Part shown: positions 61,226 through 64,000 of the stretch, one piece after another
How the letters are laid out: each line of letters opens with the position of its first letter
Numbering within the stretch: the stretch's first letter is position 1
From: Antedon mediterranea
Lineage: Eukaryota > Animalia > Echinodermata
Direction: 5' to 3'
Assembly (NCBI RefSeq): GCF_964355755.1
Contig: NC_092672.1
Coordinates: 5,828,001 to 5,892,000, forward strand
DNA length: 64,000 nucleotides
Notes under the pieces: generated by a model
Databases searched by the model: none
What the model was told of the DNA's origin: nothing
Seen by the model: the letters and a program-made list of their open reading frames with translations, nothing else
Made by a program: the position numbers and the translations under genes

Positions 61226-62984
61226 TACAAAAAAGCCCATTTATCAGAGGGATTACTACCTATCTGATAGGAAAGTGATTAATTTACTATTGGTTATCCT
61301 TGGCCACATTGCCTAAAGACATAAACTTTAAAAAAAAAAAATTAATTAATTTAAAAAATAAATAAAATAAACGTATACGTATAAAATGTATAATATAGGT
61401 TATGTGATAAAACTCTTAGAAACTAGGAGTTTCTTTCAAAATTGTATTATATTAATCATTGAATTCATAAATTACTTTAAAAATTGTGTTTTATGTATTA
61501 GTATTTGTGTAGTTTTTTAACATTCTTTAATAAATAGCTAGATGGGAGGCAAGGCCTTTATTCCTTATTCTATGCTCATATCCACATCAAATTCACATGT
61601 ATGTATTCAGGAATGTTATCTTAGCTATATTAGGTATTCCATTGGTATCTCTTACAAATGAAATTGCCAGTAGACTTTATGTATTTATGTAACAACACAA
61701 CATACATGTTTAAGAGCTCTTTTCACATTGATTTTTCTTTAAATCATGTTTCTCACACATGTACACAGACGTGATAAAATATCTTATGTTAGAAGGTGCA
61801 CACTAAATGCTATGTAGCGGCTATACCCGCTAGCGTGTGCGTAATACAGCTGTGTTTTCAGTTAGATTTTGCGATCTTTCAGGAAGCATAACATTGTATT
61901 ATGTCCTTGAGTCAAACAATTTATCTTTATTTCTTTTACACCCACCTGAAAAGGATGTATTTTACATTTATTGTAGCCGACAGAAATTGTTTGAAATTTG
62001 GAATTCATGGTAGGTCATGTTTGCTTTCACTGTAAGTGTAACTTTCTCTTTTGGGTTTAAAATAAGAAGGAAGAGAAAATATTTTACATTTTATGTTAGA
62101 AAATATGAAAAAATACATACCGTACATAAATATACAATACAAAACAATGAAGCATCATACTTCATAATAAAATTTTGGAATTCATGGTAGGTCATGTTTG
62201 CTTTCACTGTAAGTGTAACTTTCTCTTTTGGGTTTAAAATAAGAAAGAAGAGAAAATATTATTTGAGTACCTCTAATAAAAATACACAGTAACATGTTAG
62301 GATAAAAGAACTAAAAATGTATACAATTGCTAAACTAAAAAAAAAGTATGTGAATAAAATGTACTTTATAAGCTAGATTAAAATATTAATGATACTAGCA
62401 ACCAAAGTGGCAACATATTTAAAAGTAACTCGCATCACAACACTTAATTTCACCAGACAACAAAAAGTTGAAGAAAAAGCATAAGATTATAAATATGTTG
62501 TTTAGGTGGGAGATATAAACTTGCAAATGATAACGATAACACTGCAAAATAAATTTACATCAATCTTTTAATTAAGAGATCACGAGTTTAAACCCTACGC
62601 TGTCCAGTTGTCCTTGGTGAATACAATTTATCTACCTATCTGTCTACCTAGCAGGACATTATTCATACCGTTTCCTTGTAGATTTCCGACTGTATGTTTA
62701 TTATTTGTTGCGGGAGCTAGTTACATATACATATTCCGACTCCAGATGTATAAACACTTACCACAAGTGGGAAGTTCTATCAAGCCATTCCACTGCAATC
62801 AAACACATGTTTTAAGAAACATGATCAAATTTATTGGACAATAAAATACATGACTCTAGTCTACAGTCTACAGCCGTGAATCCGCAATGTAGCAGCTTTA
62901 TAAAAAAAAACTTTTTATATGCCAGAAATTACAGAACAGCCTTAAGTTATATAACGTGTCATCTTTTTTTTCTATTTCAATACA

Positions 62985-63550
62985 GTTTGATATAGGATTA
63001 ATTTAAAGATATATTGCTGAAAAAATAATTTTAAAAAATTGTTTAACATGCCATTTAATTGGATTGGATACAAATTATTAAAGTTTGATGGAATTAATTT
63101 AAAGATATGTTGCTGAAAAAATATTTAGAAAAAATAATTGTTTAATATGCCATTTACTTGGATTGGATACAAATTATTAAAGTTTGATGGGATTAATTTA
63201 AAGATATATATTTCTAAAAAAAATAGTTTGAAAAAAAATTGTTTATGACATTTACTTGGATGGGATACAAATTTTTAAAGTTTGATGGAATTAATTTAAA
63301 GATATATTGCTGAAAAAATATTTAGAAAAAAAAATGTTTAATATGACATTTACTTGGATTGGATACAAATTATTAAAGTTTGATGGAATTAATTTAAAGA
63401 TATGTTGCTGAAAAAATATTTAGAAAAAAAAAATGTTTAATATGACATTTACTTGGATTGGATAACAATTAATTAAAAAATATATTGCTGAAAAAATAAT
63501 TAGAGAAAAAAATTGTTTAATACTGGCATTTAATCGGATTGGATAAAAAT
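62985..63550. repeat. ~90-bp tandem repeat, ~6 copies
   Basis: Recurring AATTAATTTAAAGATATRTTGCTGAAAAAATA...TTGGATTGGATACAAATTATTAAAGTTTGATGG. Confidence 0.92.
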
Positions 63551-63732
63551 TATTTTCCAGAAAACCGTAATTGAAAAGAGAAAAAAAAGTCAATCAGAAA
63601 CCCATTGTCTGAAAATCAAGGTGTTTTTAGTTTAATTTAAATATTTTATCTTTTTTATAACCAAAATTATTATTATTATTTTTTTTTTTTTTTAAGTGAA
63701 AACATTTTTACTCCAGATTAGTTTCTGTAGAA

Positions 63733-63850
63733 ACCATCTAAACACTATGCTTCTCTCACTCTTTGTGACACCATTGGACACCATCTAAACACTATGCTTC
63801 TCTCACTCTTTGTGACACCATTGGACACCATCTAAACACTATGCTTCTCT
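63733..63850. repeat. 47-bp tandem repeat, 2.5 copies
   Basis: ACCATCTAAACACTATGCTTCTCTCACTCTTTGTGACACCATTGGAC. Confidence 0.92.
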
Positions 63851-64000
63851 GGGTCTGTTTCTGCTGAAAAAATCAAAATAATCAATTTTTTCCAGTCACC
63901 GCAAACCACAAAAATAATCGCGTTGCAATTGAAAATTGCTACGACTTTAATCGGTTTTTAAAATCACGTCATCATTCCCCCACACAGCGCAGTTCAAGTT

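Overview
AT-rich, intron-rich animal genomic DNA, probably a marine deuterostome such as an echinoderm (inferred from Deu-domain SINEs and composition; not proven). Genes reconstructed by hand from splice sites and translation: (1) PPIL2 (U-box/cyclophilin), minus strand, 16 coding exons from ATG 13675 to 312, continuing out of the window; (2) a 447-aa single-coding-exon SLC18A (VAChT/VMAT)-derived MFS transporter in which the canonical charged transport residues appear lost or charge-reversed; (3) PNLDC1/Trimmer (PARN-family DEDDh nuclease), plus strand, 15 coding exons 20475-30717, then an open intron with no further exon found; (4) five intronless class A GPCRs with an NRY motif, minus strand, 36343-58116, apparently nested antisense in that intron, four of them recent recombinant tandem paralogs. 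Non-coding DNA is dense in mobile elements: a three-tier nested DNA-transposon stack, a Penelope-like element carrying a minimal hammerhead ribozyme, Deu-domain tRNA SINEs, MITEs, Helentron-type elements, a solo LTR, LINE 3' ends and minisatellites. No database searches were possible; family calls rest on recalled motifs.
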